Shown: one piece after another, positions 11,251-22,970 of the stretch
How the letters are laid out: each line of letters opens with the position of its first letter
How positions within the stretch are numbered: the first letter of the stretch is position 1
Source of the DNA: a cyanobacterium endosymbiont of Rhopalodia gibba
GTDB taxonomy: Bacteria > Cyanobacteriota > Cyanobacteriia > Cyanobacteriales > Microcystaceae
NCBI GenBank assembly: GCA_045159875.1
Contig: CP067995.1
Span: 2,624,001 to 2,688,000, forward strand
DNA: 64,000 nt
Direction: 5' to 3'
Notes under the pieces: generated by a model
Databases searched by the model: none
The model's input: the letters and a program-made list of their open reading frames with translations, nothing else
Told to the model about the DNA's origin: nothing
Translations under genes and position numbers: made by a program

Positions 11251-12989
11251 GATAGGTAATGTTATAATGAGCAATTTATTTTAATGAGCTTTGCTTAAAT
11301 GATTTCTGATGGAATCAGAAAATTAATATAATACTGAGTTATTTTTTAAAATTTTAAGATTGTAATATGGATATACTTTTGATAGGTTTAACTCTAATTT
11401 TTTTTTCAAAAATTATCCACTCAAGTACGTTTTTATATTATTGTTACTAACATTTGATATTTATTATCAAATATTAGTACTTTCTGATTTAGCTTTTAGT
11501 TTGCAAACTAGCCCCAAATTATTTTTGAAGACAGCTATTAGAGTTAATCACTGTTGGATCTATCATTTCCATACAAATTTTAGGATTAATCAAATTACTA
11601 TGAGTCGCAGTTACAGTCAATTTTTAACCTTGTCAGGTTAAACTATCCACACTCACTAGTCCTAATAACCCAATGGTTGTAGCTGCTGGGATACAAGGTG
11701 AGATATTAAACGTTGAACTCAATAAGACTTGATAAAATTATAACAGACACAGCAAATACTATTAAATTTAATGAAGTTTACTCTATTGCTTGAAATTAGT
11801 TAATAATAGCCTTGATTGAGTTATCTAGTAACTATAATTGATTTCTAACAAAAAAGTTTAATGTAAGTGCTAAGGCAAGATATCAACAGTATGTCAATGA
11901 CAATTAGGAAAAGTTTGGTGTAGTTCTTTAAAACTATTCTAGTCTGAACTCTAAATGTTGCAAGTAGAATCTATGCAAGAAAAATTTATGATTCTTAAAT
12001 CTTTCAATAAAATAATTTAGTTTTTTTTTATAAAAGTCTTTAAATAGTAGTTAAGTACATATTTGATATATAGGTTTTTAAGAACACTAATAATTAGTAA
12101 TTGGAAGATTTTTATTATTGAAAATAGGTTTAAACTCACAATATTTTGTATTAACTATTTTTTGCAATAAAAAAGTTAGTTATGGGTAGCAACTTTGATT
12201 CTTAAAAAGACAATTATTATTCAATATGTCATTGACATTATGATTTATACTTTCTCTCTCCCTGTCAGAAATGATTCATTACCGTTACCAATTGGCAAAG
12301 TATCTTGATGCCCTAATAGTTTTAGATGAGATTGTCGTCGTCTGTGATGAAGATTTAGAAGATATTGCTATTAACTTTGTGCTCGCCGTTGGACAATAGA
12401 TTCTTTATAGAGATTAGCCAAAAGACATCGGGCAGAAATTCGCCGATAAACAATCTCAGAAGAACTCTCTCAAGAATATTTAATCTTTTCCATTTATGTT
12501 TTAACTCGATAATTATACGAAAACCTTTAAATCTAAGAAAAAATAATGAAAGACCCTTGGGCGTCTTACCTTGTTTCGACTCCAAAGGTCTTTACATATC
12601 ACTTTTACTCCTCACACACAATGTGAGCATATCAAACTCAGCAATAATATTTAAGGAAAAACATGACAGTTTATTGATTGTCACAAGAAAAAAATAGCTC
12701 AGAGAGCTTAGTCTAGATTATTGATCATCATTCTACAAGAAATATCGGGTGAGCATAGAAGTTATCGAGGCGTTCTTATTTCTTTTTAGTTAGGAGATAG
12801 TTAATACGTGAAAAAGCAGGTCATTACCCCCCGACTCATTTACGACTTAAATGAGTAAAGAAAAATTTTGTATTGATTATCAAGGATATTTAACTATAAT
12901 TTTAGGATATCATAAATTATGGGTATAAAAATTGAAAAAAATTAAATATTTTTACTCAAAACTCAAGTATCAACTGATAAAACTACTCC

Positions 12990-13800
12990 ATAAACCTCTT
13001 TATTGATTAGTAACATTGGCTGCTGCCCTGGTGACTCTTTATCTAACCATACTTGATCCGTTTAATAAACCTAATTTAATGAGTTTAAGCATCCTCGTAT
13101 GGTTGACTATTGTTTTCCTAATTTTGTACAAAAAAGAGCAATTTCAGTCAGATAGTCGAATATTGTAAACTTTTTTAGGAGAAATTTTAATTATCGGTAT
13201 ATTACTCAGAAATATTTTTTCTGCTGGTTATCATCTACTTATTTCACCGTTAATATCTGGACTAGGATTAGTTTTAATGGTATCAGGAATAAAGGTATTA
13301 AATCAATATTCAAAAGAATTATTTGTTCTTCTGTTATTGGCTGTATATTCTACTACATCAGTTTTAAATGCGATCAATTTATTACTCTTAACGGCTAAAT
13401 ACTCTAATATTTTTCTGCTAGCAATAGGCTTTAATTCTTATAGAAAAAGAATCTCTATTGTACTACCAACAGGTTGAATGTAAGTCTACAGAGCTAGTTC
13501 TGGTGTTGAGAGTATTATGGTGATATTTTTTGTTTCCATTCTCTTCTTATTTATTCTTTCTGTCAATCGAACTCACCAGTCTGTGTGATCAAAGCAGTGT
13601 TATTAGACTTTGTAACCCATGTTATTAAGGTTTCTGTAATTGCAGTTTTAGTGGGGTTTCCTGACGGGGAAGCTTTTGAATACTTGCATTAAGATGCTGG
13701 AAATCTTGTATTTTTCTTAGCATCAGTATTAATATTTGGGATATTTTATTGGTTATTTATTTTATGTACGTCCAAAAAACTTTGCTTCTCACTTAAAATA
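12990..13800 (+). pseudogene. crtA: Cyanoexosortase A remnant
   Basis: Hydrophobic frame ...SPLISGLGLVLMVSGIKVLNQYSKELFVL...TAKYSNIFLLAIGF...IVLPTG*M*VYRASSGVESI with internal stops. Confidence 0.7.
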
Positions 13801-13979
13801 AAGAGATTAATTTTGGATAGCCAATTTTAGAAAATATTCCTGACTATGATTCACTTAAAAACATTCCTGCTCTAGAAAAAGTCAAGGAAGATATTCAAGT
13901 ATCTTAATTGATTTAACTTAACTCATCATAAAAAAACTGATAATAAGTGTATAACACAAGAGTAAGTAAGTTAACTCTT

Positions 13980-14680
13980 ATGAAGAATGCTTCCTATGAA
14001 ATTGTAAGAATTAGGGTAGCTGCTGTCCTTTGAGTAGGGAGTATTGGAGTTTTTATTGGTACTTTTCTGGTTTCTCCTGTTCAAGAGAATAAATCTACGG
14101 TATTATCTTTGGAGTTTCCCTCTTCGATTCCTTTAGTTAAATTGCACTAGTGGCAGAGAATTTGCCAAAAAGGTAATTTTCCCCAAAAAAAAGAAAGAGT
14201 TACCAATACAAACATAGTGACAACATAGTAACAACCAGAAAGATATAGAGACAAAAGCCAGTTATCGTCGATATGATGGGGCAAACGTCAGTCGTTTGCT
14301 TTTTAAAGAAGCTTCTATTCTACCAACAACTATATTAATAAGGATGAAACAATAAAAACAACATTGGATTTTATGGAATATTTAAATATAACAAGAGAGC
14401 TTACTTAACCGGTTATATCAATTAAACTGGGAAAAGTACTTTAACTTATGCACAACATACTCAAAATAAGCCTAAATATAATTAGAACATACAACGAACT
14501 CTATTTTTGTTTATTGATTACAAAAAATTATTTGAGATAGCTTATTTGTAGACTTTAATTTCAAGTTCCGTCGCTTCCAATTTAGACTTTACAGCTTTAG
14601 CGAAGACCTATCAAAACCTAGAAACAGTTTGGGTTAAATGGTATAGTTTTTCGAGGACTAAATTAGTGCTACTGAGCTTG
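13980..14680 (+). pseudogene. Cyanoexosortase A system-associated protein remnant
   Basis: MKNASYEIVRIRVAAVL*VGSIGVLL..., FPSSIPL, C-terminal KTYQNLETVWVKWY; position directly after crtA remnant. Confidence 0.55.
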
Positions 14681-14895
14681 AGATAGTAAAAAGTGGCTGA
14701 ATTCTAAGACAACCTATATTGAACAATAAATTTAAATTTTAACAATAAGCGAACTATTGGAAATTTAAACAATTCCTGAATGAGACCTCCAAAACGTTAA
14801 TATTAGTGGTCTTACACTATCAGGTTCGGTATAATCTCGAAATTAGCAACAAAAGAACTACAATAGAGGATATTCACCTAAGATTGTGTCAAGAT

Positions 14896-16009
14896 ATGGA
14901 AACAGCAGAATTAAAACGCGAAATTCAAGGGATTAGCACGCGCCTGGGGAAAACTCAGGAATATCTTTGACTTACCTGCAATAAAAGCCAATATTCAAGA
15001 CTTGGAAACCTTAGCTGCTCAACCTGAGTTTTGGGATAATCCTGAGATAGCCCAAGTTACCTTACAAAGACTCAACGATTTTAAATCTAGTGTTGAGCAG
15101 TATCAACAGTGGCTAGATCAGTTAGAAGATACAAAAGTAATTGCTGAATTACTAGATTTAGAAGAAGATACGAGTCTATCTAAAGAAGCGGAGACAATCA
15201 TTAGCCAACTTAACCGTGAACTTGACCGCTGGGAGTTACAACAGTTATTATCAGGTGTTTATGATATTAAAGGAGCTTTTCTGAGCATCAATGCAGGGGC
15301 TGGCGGAACCGATGCTCAAGACTGGGCGCAAATGTTGTTGCGGATGTATACCCGTTGGGGAGAAAAACAAGGTTATAAGGTACATTTGTCCGAACTTTCT
15401 GAAGGAGATGAAGCCGGAATCAAGTCAGCGACTATAGAGATAGAAGGACGCTATGCTTTTGGCTATCTCAGAGGAGAAAAAGGAACTCATCGATTGGTGA
15501 GAATTTCCCCTTTTAATGCCAATGGAAAGCGGCAAACTAGTTTTGCGGGGGTGGAAGTTATGCCAGCGTTAGAAAAAGAAGATATTACTGTTGATATCCC
15601 TGAAAAAGATTTAGAAATTACCACTACTCGTTCTGGCGGAAAGGGAGGACAAAACGTTAACAAGGTAGAAACGGCGGTTCGTGTAGTTCACCTACCGACT
15701 GGAATTGCGGTTCGTTGTACACAAGAACGTTCCCAACTCCAGAATAAAGAAAAAGCCCTCGCTCTGCTTAAAGCGAAATTATTGATCATTGCCCGAGAAC
15801 AACGCGCTCAAGAAATTGCTGAAATTCGAGGAGATATCGTAGAAGCAGCTTGGGGCAATCAAATTCGCAATTATGTCTTTCATCCCTATCAAATGATTAA
15901 AGATGTAAGGACAAATCAGGAAACAACGGATATCAGTGGAGTTATGGATGGTAATCTCGATACTTTTATTGAAAGCTATCTGCGCCACGGGGGTCGTGGC
16001 GAGGATTAA
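14896..16009 (+). CDS. prfB: Peptide chain release factor 2 with programmed +1 frameshift
   Basis: ATG 14896 gives [24 protein letters not shown] then CTT TGA C at 14965-14971; downstream frame has SPF and GGQ motifs. Confidence 0.97.
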
Positions 16010-16116
16010 TTGCTGCTAATTGATACTATCTATTCATCAGAGCAATCTTTAGCACTTTGCCTTGATAGATACTCCCAAATGTAGAGAATTTCTCTTTGAG
16101 AGCAATCTATTTTTGC

Positions 16117-16160
16117 TAAGCAACTATACAACTATAGTTAAGCAACTATACAACTATAGT
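16117..16160. repeat. 22-bp perfect tandem duplication
   Basis: taagcaactatacaactatagt x2. Confidence 0.9.
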
Positions 16161-16419
16161 ATATAGTAACGGTTAAACCGTCGGTAATCCTAACATAGCC
16201 AGTAGCAGAAGAAAGAGAGACATAAGTCCTCCAATCACCATTCCCACTAAAGCAACAGCAGTGACTAGATTTTTTGACAGAGATTTTAGTCAACTAAAAA
16301 CGTAAAGGAAGACACTGATACTGAAACTAATTAAGCAAAGAAGGATAGCAGGAAACGTTTTCAAAAAGTTCGCCTATGGGTTAGCCTAGCCAGTGTACAA
16401 CAATTCCATCATTTACTCT

Positions 16420-17694
16420 ATGGCAAAAAACTTATTTGAGCGCCAAGCTAACCAGTTAGTTAACTTTAGCCGTCTATGGGGTTATCAAGCCTGGTTAGTC
16501 TTTTTGGTCGTCTTTAGCCTTTGTGTAACCCTAATAATCTTTACAATTCAATCTCCGGTTCAGTCTCGTAACCAACCCTCAGAAATTAGAGGAGTGTGGC
16601 TAACAAATATTGATAGTGATGTACTTTTTAGTCAAAAAAAACTGTCCGAAGCCATTGCCACCCTCAACCAATTCAATTTTAATACTCTCTATCCCACCGT
16701 CTGGAATTGGGGTCATACCCTTTACCCATCTGAAGTTGCCCAACCTATTACCGGGACCAAACTAGACCCCACAGAAGGGCTACAGGGACGGGATATTTTG
16801 CAAGAAATTGTTAAGCAGGGACATCAAGCAAATATGGCAGTCATTCCTTGGTTTGAATTTGGGTTTATGGCCCCTGCGGACTCCCAACTTGCTAAAAATC
16901 ATCCTCAATGGTTAACTCAACGAAAAAACGGTGATAGAATTTGGTTGGAAGGAAAAGTCCATAAACGGGTTTGGCTAAATCCTTTACATCCAGAAGTTCA
17001 AACCTTTATTACTAATTTGGTCACTGAAATTGTGGGTAATTATGAGGTAGATGGCATTCAATTTGATGACCATTTTGGCATCCCTTTTGATTTTGGTTAT
17101 GATGATGTTACCGTCGCACTTTATCAACAAGAACATCAAGGTAAATTACCTCCAACCCCCCCAATAAATTTGAAGACAACCAATAATTGTACAATTGATA
17201 ATCAAGTTTGGCAGGAATGGACAAGATGGCGGGCAGAAAAAATTACAAGTTATATGACCGAGCTATTTAAAGCTATTAAAGATACCAATCCTAGTGTTAT
17301 TGTCTCTTTATCTCCTAACCCTCAACCCTTCTCAGCTAACTGTTATTTACTCGACTGGCATCAATGGGAACGCCGAGGATTGATAGAAGAATTGATCTTA
17401 CAAGTTTATCGTCCCAATCTTCAAGATTTTGAACGGGAATTGAGAAGCCCTGAAGTTCAACAAGCTAAACAACATATTCCCTTTGGAATCGGAGTTCTTT
17501 CTGGTTTAAAAGATCGTCCAGTTCCCATAAAACGGATAATAAAGCAGGTAGAAACCATTCGTCAAAAACAATTTTCTGGGATTTCCTTTTTCTTTTATGA
17601 AAGCTTATGGAATTTTGACACAGAATCCGCAAAAGCGCGACAATCAAGTTATCAAAAATTGTTTCGAACTAAAGTAAGTAGGCCAGAAGCTTAA
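16420..17694 (+). CDS. Glycoside hydrolase family 10-like (DUF187/YddW) protein
   Basis: EIRGVWLTNIDS, IPWFEFG, WLNPLHPEVQ, YEVDGIQFDDHF; N-terminal TM/signal. Confidence 0.9.
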   Translation: MAKNLFERQANQLVNFSRLWGYQAWLVFLVVFSLCVTLIIFTIQSPVQSRNQPSEIRGVWLTNIDSDVLFSQKKLSEAIATLNQFNFNTLYPTVWNWGHTLYPSEVAQPITGTKLDPTEGLQGRDILQEIVKQGHQANMAVIPWFEFGFMAPADSQLAKNHPQWLTQRKNGDRIWLEGKVHKRVWLNPLHPEVQTFITNLVTEIVGNYEVDGIQFDDHFGIPFDFGYDDVTVALYQQEHQGKLPPTPPINLKTTNNCTIDNQVWQEWTRWRAEKITSYMTELFKAIKDTNPSVIVSLSPNPQPFSANCYLLDWHQWERRGLIEELILQVYRPNLQDFERELRSPEVQQAKQHIPFGIGVLSGLKDRPVPIKRIIKQVETIRQKQFSGISFFFYESLWNFDTESAKARQSSYQKLFRTKVSRPEA

Positions 17695-17849
17695 GGGGAC
17701 GATTTTGGGTGTACTGTCCGAAGTCCCAGTAACTGACATGCCTATGACTTAACCTTTTGTCCTGACCTAAGATAGAGACATTTTCAGAAGATTTTTGGTA
17801 GGATCAAAGACTACAAGAAAGTTAACACCAAAAGACAAGGAGATTTTCT

Positions 17850-18086
17850 ATGTCCCGTAAATGTCAATTAACCGGAAAGCAAGCTAATAACGCCTTTGCT
17901 GTTTCCCACTCCCACCGTCGGACTAAAAGATTACAAGAAGCCAACTTACAATGGAAGCGAGTTTGGTGGAATGAGGGCAACCGTTGGGTTAGATTACGTT
18001 TGTCTACGAAAGCCATTAAAACTCTAGATAAGAAAGGGTTACAAGCGATGGCTAAAGAAGCGGGAATTAACTTAAATAAACTTTAA
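17850..18086 (+). CDS. rpmB: 50S ribosomal protein L28
   Basis: [10 protein letters not shown]...[17 protein letters not shown]. Confidence 0.98.
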   Translation: MSRKCQLTGKQANNAFAVSHSHRRTKRLQEANLQWKRVWWNEGNRWVRLRLSTKAIKTLDKKGLQAMAKEAGINLNKL

Positions 18087-18280
18087 TTTCGCAATCTATA
18101 GAGGAAAGTTTTGAAAAAATGAGGAGGATGGGGAGAAGTAAATTGAGTTGATAGCATGAGTAGTAATGGATTATTTCGCATTAATATTTAGTCTTTGTCC
18201 TTTATTCTTGATAAGACATGGGGAACTAATCATGACTCAAGCCTTAATTCCCGTCATTCTCGCTGGTGGTAAACCCAATC

Positions 18281-19342
18281 ATGACTCAAGCTTTAATTCC
18301 TGTCATCCTTGCTGGTGGCCAAGGAGAACGTTTTTGGCCTCTTAGTCGCCGTCATCGTCCCAAACAATTCCTCTGCCTTGATAGTAGCGGACAGAGCTTA
18401 TTACAATCAACAGCTGACCGTCTACTTCCCCTAGCCCAAAATTGGGATAATCTTTGGGTAATTACCTCGGCTGCTATTGCTGATGGAGTTCGAGAACAAT
18501 TACCAAAATTAGCTGAAAGGAACCTCTTGGTGGAAACCCAAGGGAAAGATACTGCCCCTGCAGTGGCTTGGGCTACTCTAAAAGTGGCTGAACGTTGTGG
18601 ACCAGATACAGTCATTGGTTTTTTTCCTGCTGATCATTTGATCGCTGATATTCAAGGGTTTGAAACGACTCTCAAAGCTTGTTCCCAGTTAGCTATGGCT
18701 AAAGATGCCATTGTCACCTTAGGCATTAAACCTAACTATCCCTCTACAGGCTATGGTTATATTGAACAAGGAGAAAAACAGGGTGGTTGTGAGAAACTGC
18801 CAATCTATCGTGTCAGTCGCTTTACTGAAAAACCTGATCAAGAAACTGCCCAATCTTTTATTGCAACAGGAAAGTTTAGCTGGAATAGTGGGATGTTTAT
18901 TTTTCGGGCAGAAGTCGTCCTCAAAGAATTGGAAACCTATGCCCCTAAGATGATGCAATTACTTAAGGACAAAGGCGAAGCGGCTTATTCTGAATTAGAA
19001 AAGATAAGTATTGACTATGCCCTGATGGAAAAGACCCAATTAGCCTACGTTTTACCAGCTAATTTTGTTTGGGATGATTTGGGAGACTGGATTTCTCTAG
19101 AAAGACTTACTAAAGGAAATGGGGCTAATGTAGACTTAGCTAATCACGTTCATTTAGATACTCGGGGGACGATCGCTTATTCGAGTGACAAAAACCACAT
19201 TATTGCTACTATTGGATTAGAAGATCTGGTGATTGTGCACGACGGCAATGTTACCCTAGTGGTCAGTAAAGAACGTACTCAAGACATCAAAAAACTATTA
19301 GAGTTATTGCAGGCTAATGAACAACTAGAAAGATATTTGTAA
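18281..19342 (+). CDS. manC: Mannose-1-phosphate guanylyltransferase
   Basis: IPVILAGGQGERFWPLSR..PKQFL, GYGYI, FTEKP, WNSGMF, SIDYALMEK, WDDLGDW. Confidence 0.93.
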   Translation: MTQALIPVILAGGQGERFWPLSRRHRPKQFLCLDSSGQSLLQSTADRLLPLAQNWDNLWVITSAAIADGVREQLPKLAERNLLVETQGKDTAPAVAWATLKVAERCGPDTVIGFFPADHLIADIQGFETTLKACSQLAMAKDAIVTLGIKPNYPSTGYGYIEQGEKQGGCEKLPIYRVSRFTEKPDQETAQSFIATGKFSWNSGMFIFRAEVVLKELETYAPKMMQLLKDKGEAAYSELEKISIDYALMEKTQLAYVLPANFVWDDLGDWISLERLTKGNGANVDLANHVHLDTRGTIAYSSDKNHIIATIGLEDLVIVHDGNVTLVVSKERTQDIKKLLELLQANEQLERYL

Positions 19343-19548
19343 ATACTCGCACCGACTGCAATGATTGATGATGACTTTAGTCTCTAACAAATTAGAGACT
19401 ATTAATACCGGTTCTTTCAGACTATGAGTACGATTAGTTTATAACTAATGACTTCCAAAATTCTCATTCTGAACTATGCTGTGATACACCAAAAACTTTT
19501 GACTTTTCCTTATTGTAGTGTTGTCATAGCCAGGTGAGAAAGTCCTTA

Positions 19549-21198
19549 ATGTTTTCTTTTACTCAAACTAGTGCACGTCAACGGGAAATTATCGAAGTAG
19601 TCCTCGGTAATGGCTGGGACTATATGCGAGGGTTATTGACATTAGGAAAAGTTGATAACCCTCAAATTCCCCCGCCAGAGGTCTTGCGCAATATTCTAGT
19701 AGAATTAGGTCCATTTTATGTGAAATTAGGACAAATTCTCAGTACTCGTCCTGATATTCTTTCTCCTAGCTACATTAAAGTGTTAACTGCTCTACAGGCT
19801 AATGTTCCCCCTGTGTGTTGGGCTAAAATTGAAGAGTTACTTTTACAAGAATTACAAAAACCTCTAGAGAATGTATTTGAAACCATTAATCATGAGCCAA
19901 TTGCAGCTGGTTCTATTGGTCAAATTCATCGGGGGACTTTAATCAATGGAACCGAAGTGGCAATTAAAATCCAACGGCCAGGAATTGATAGAATTGTTGC
20001 CCAAGATATTGCTTTAATTCAAGGAATTGCTGAGTTAGTTTCTTTCACGGAGTTTGGACAAAATTATGACATTGTTAAATTAACAGACGAGTTTGCTCAA
20101 GCTATTAAGTTAGAACTAGATTTTACCCAAGAGGGACGCTATACTGAGCACATTAGCCAAAATTTAGCAACGAGTAGCTGGTTCAATACTAAAGATTTAG
20201 TTGTTCCTCAAGTATATTGGGAAGTTAGCACGAAAAAAATCCTAGTTTTGGAATGGTTAAATGGTAAACCAATCCTTAATGCGAATTTCGGTATACCCCC
20301 TAGTCGGAAATCTATTGAGAAGCGAAAACAAGAGATAACAACCCTACTATTTAGAGCTTTTTTTCAGCAACTTTATATCGATGGGCTTTTCCATGCCGAC
20401 CCTCATCCAGGGAATATTTTTTACCTAGATGATGGCCGAGTTGCTATTATTGATTGTGGTATGGTGGGGCGACTTGATCCGCGAACTCAACAAATTCTAA
20501 CAAAACTCTTATTAGCAATTTTTGACTTGGATGCCCAAAGTTGTACTCAGCTAACAATCGAGTTATCGGAGTCAGGACAGCCCGTTAGTTTAGAAAAATT
20601 AAAAACAGATTATGAAAGAATTTTACGAAAGTATTATGATTTAAGCATTGCTAAACTGAACTTTAGTGAGGTGGTTTATGAAATTCTACAAATTGCTCGA
20701 CAAAATAAAATAAAAGTTCCTGGAAATTTAGGATTATATGCTAAGTGTTTAGCCAATTTAGAGGGTACAGCCAGACAATTTAATCCTTCAGTTAACTTGT
20801 TTGATGAAATCAAACCATTAATGACAGATTTATTTCGTCGTCAATTAGTAGGAGATACCCCATTACAAACTAATTTAAGAACTATTTTAGATTTAAAATC
20901 TATTTATTTGAAAACTCCTCGGCAAATCGAAATACTATTAAATCGTTTATCCTCGGAAACTTTACAATGGAATTTGCGATTAAAAGAATTAGAGCCCCTA
21001 CGCCGTAGTGTTGATGCTTCTGCTAATCGTCTGTCTTTTAGTATCGTTTTAGGTTCATTAATTGTAGGAGCTGCCATTGTTTCTAATGGGTCTCAAACTC
21101 AACAATTATCTCTAATTAGTGTGACTTTATTTGCCGCAGCAAGTTTATTAGGAATGTGGTTACTTATTAGTATTTTAAGATCAGGACGTTTAAAGTAA
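19549..21198 (+). CDS. ABC1/AarF/UbiB atypical kinase
   Basis: LGPFYVKLGQILSTRPD, AAGSIGQIH, VAIKIQRP, FHADPHPGN; two C-terminal TM segments. Confidence 0.93.
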   Translation: MFSFTQTSARQREIIEVVLGNGWDYMRGLLTLGKVDNPQIPPPEVLRNILVELGPFYVKLGQILSTRPDILSPSYIKVLTALQANVPPVCWAKIEELLLQELQKPLENVFETINHEPIAAGSIGQIHRGTLINGTEVAIKIQRPGIDRIVAQDIALIQGIAELVSFTEFGQNYDIVKLTDEFAQAIKLELDFTQEGRYTEHISQNLATSSWFNTKDLVVPQVYWEVSTKKILVLEWLNGKPILNANFGIPPSRKSIEKRKQEITTLLFRAFFQQLYIDGLFHADPHPGNIFYLDDGRVAIIDCGMVGRLDPRTQQILTKLLLAIFDLDAQSCTQLTIELSESGQPVSLEKLKTDYERILRKYYDLSIAKLNFSEVVYEILQIARQNKIKVPGNLGLYAKCLANLEGTARQFNPSVNLFDEIKPLMTDLFRRQLVGDTPLQTNLRTILDLKSIYLKTPRQIEILLNRLSSETLQWNLRLKELEPLRRSVDASANRLSFSIVLGSLIVGAAIVSNGSQTQQLSLISVTLFAAASLLGMWLLISILRSGRLK

Positions 21199-22575
21199 AC
21201 ATTTTATTCTTTAGAAAATTTTTTAAAAATAAAAATTAACCTATCGTCTAAGTTAGGTGGTAATTAATTGCCACTTGTAATGTAAAAATGTTTAATCATG
21301 TATACACGATCAAACATCGCAAGAGAGATTTTTCATAGATGGGTCAGGCTTACTTTAATAAATTAAACTTTTTAAGCCAATGAATATAACTAGTTTTTCA
21401 TTTATAAATACTTTTAAAAATTTTAATAAATCTAATAATTTATTGCTTATTGCCTAACTATTAATAATTTTCTACTAATTTAAAAATCATATAAACAGTT
21501 AAGAAACTATAGAACTGTATACTAATTATATTTTTATTTTTAGCTATCAGTTCATCTAAGTTTGAGTGTACTTTCAAAGACTTCTAGAAAATTAAAGTTG
21601 CCAAACGATGACAATAAATTTCAGTGTCTTAGTATACATTTACAGTACTATTCAACAGTACGTAGCTTATCTACTATTTTTTAATTGATTTCAGTTTCTG
21701 AAAGATTAGAAACTAATCGATATTTTTTTCTTCTTTTTATCTCACAAAAATCTACAACTCTAGCCTCTGAATAAATAGCGTTAAAAAAATAAAATCTAAA
21801 TTATATTCATCTTCAAAATCTTTTAAGCAATTTCATAAGTTTTTACTTGATTCCACCCTCTTTATATTATATCTATTTCTGAACTATCAATTGGGATAAA
21901 AAATAAAATAAATATAATTTTTTTATTTCCATTATTTTGGTTTTGCTTTAACTAAACAACTTGTATGCACTAAATCATTATCAATGATAATGAACGCATC
22001 TATATTTTTTATTTTTCTCTTGATTTAAAAATTTTAATTTTTTTAAATTATGTAGAATTATTTTTTTATTTTAAAAAATGGGTAAATTTCTATTTTTTTT
22101 ATTACTTAAATACTTTATCTATAAATTGTTTTTAAAATTTTATTTTCTGATAGATTTATCCAGCCTTAAATTTATTTAACTTTCTCTACTCTTACATTTA
22201 AGATAATATTTATGCTCTTATTCTCGTTATAAAAAAAATCTTAGAGTCCAGTTAATTTTCCATTATGTTAGCTAATGTCTAAGACAAGCCCGTATCTAAA
22301 AACATATTTTTCAAAAGTTTTAGTTATTGAAATTCATCTACTTACTTATTGTTTTATTTAAATTAAATATTTTTCAATAAATTTCACCACATATTTTTTT
22401 TTGAAAAAACTCTATTTTTTATTCGTATAAAATATTTAAAATTTTTATTGTTTAAAAAAATATTTGTGTACGAAATAAATATGTACTATTTATCCGTCAT
22501 TAGTTAGGCTGTTAAGTCAAAAAGAATAAATTTATCACACAACATTCTTCTAAGAAGAAGAAACTTATTTATTGA

Positions 22576-22619
22576 AGTCAATTAAACATTTTTTTTTAAA
22601 AAAAAATGTTTAATTGACT
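22576..22619. repeat. 44-bp perfect palindrome with no loop
   Basis: agtcaattaaaca-T9-A9-tgtttaattgact. Confidence 0.9.
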
Positions 22620-22970
22620 AATTTTTCATACTTAAGTTTTTGATTGCTTTTTTAAAAAAGTTTTAAAATTTTTATATTTTCTTACTTTGCTGATTTTAGA
22701 AAATTAAAATAATTATTGGCTAGACATTATATTAATATTTTTTATTTTAAATTTACTAAATTAAGAAATTTTTTGTTTTTATTTTTAATATTTTACATTT
22801 TGCTTATAATGATTGACATAATAAATGACTGCTATCTGCCAATTATAATACTTCTATTGCTCTTAGCATTTACTTTATGAATATCCTCTTATGGATTTTT
22901 TTTAAAAAAAGAAGAAATATGATATTAAGTTGATAATCAATAATTATTGGTGTTTTTTAAGACTAAAAAA

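Noticed and set aside
16170..16380. Minus-strand hydrophobic remnant (LVTAVALVGMVIGGLMSLFLLLAMLGLP)
   Set aside because: Probably a decayed small membrane gene, but it has an internal stop and I cannot assign a family.
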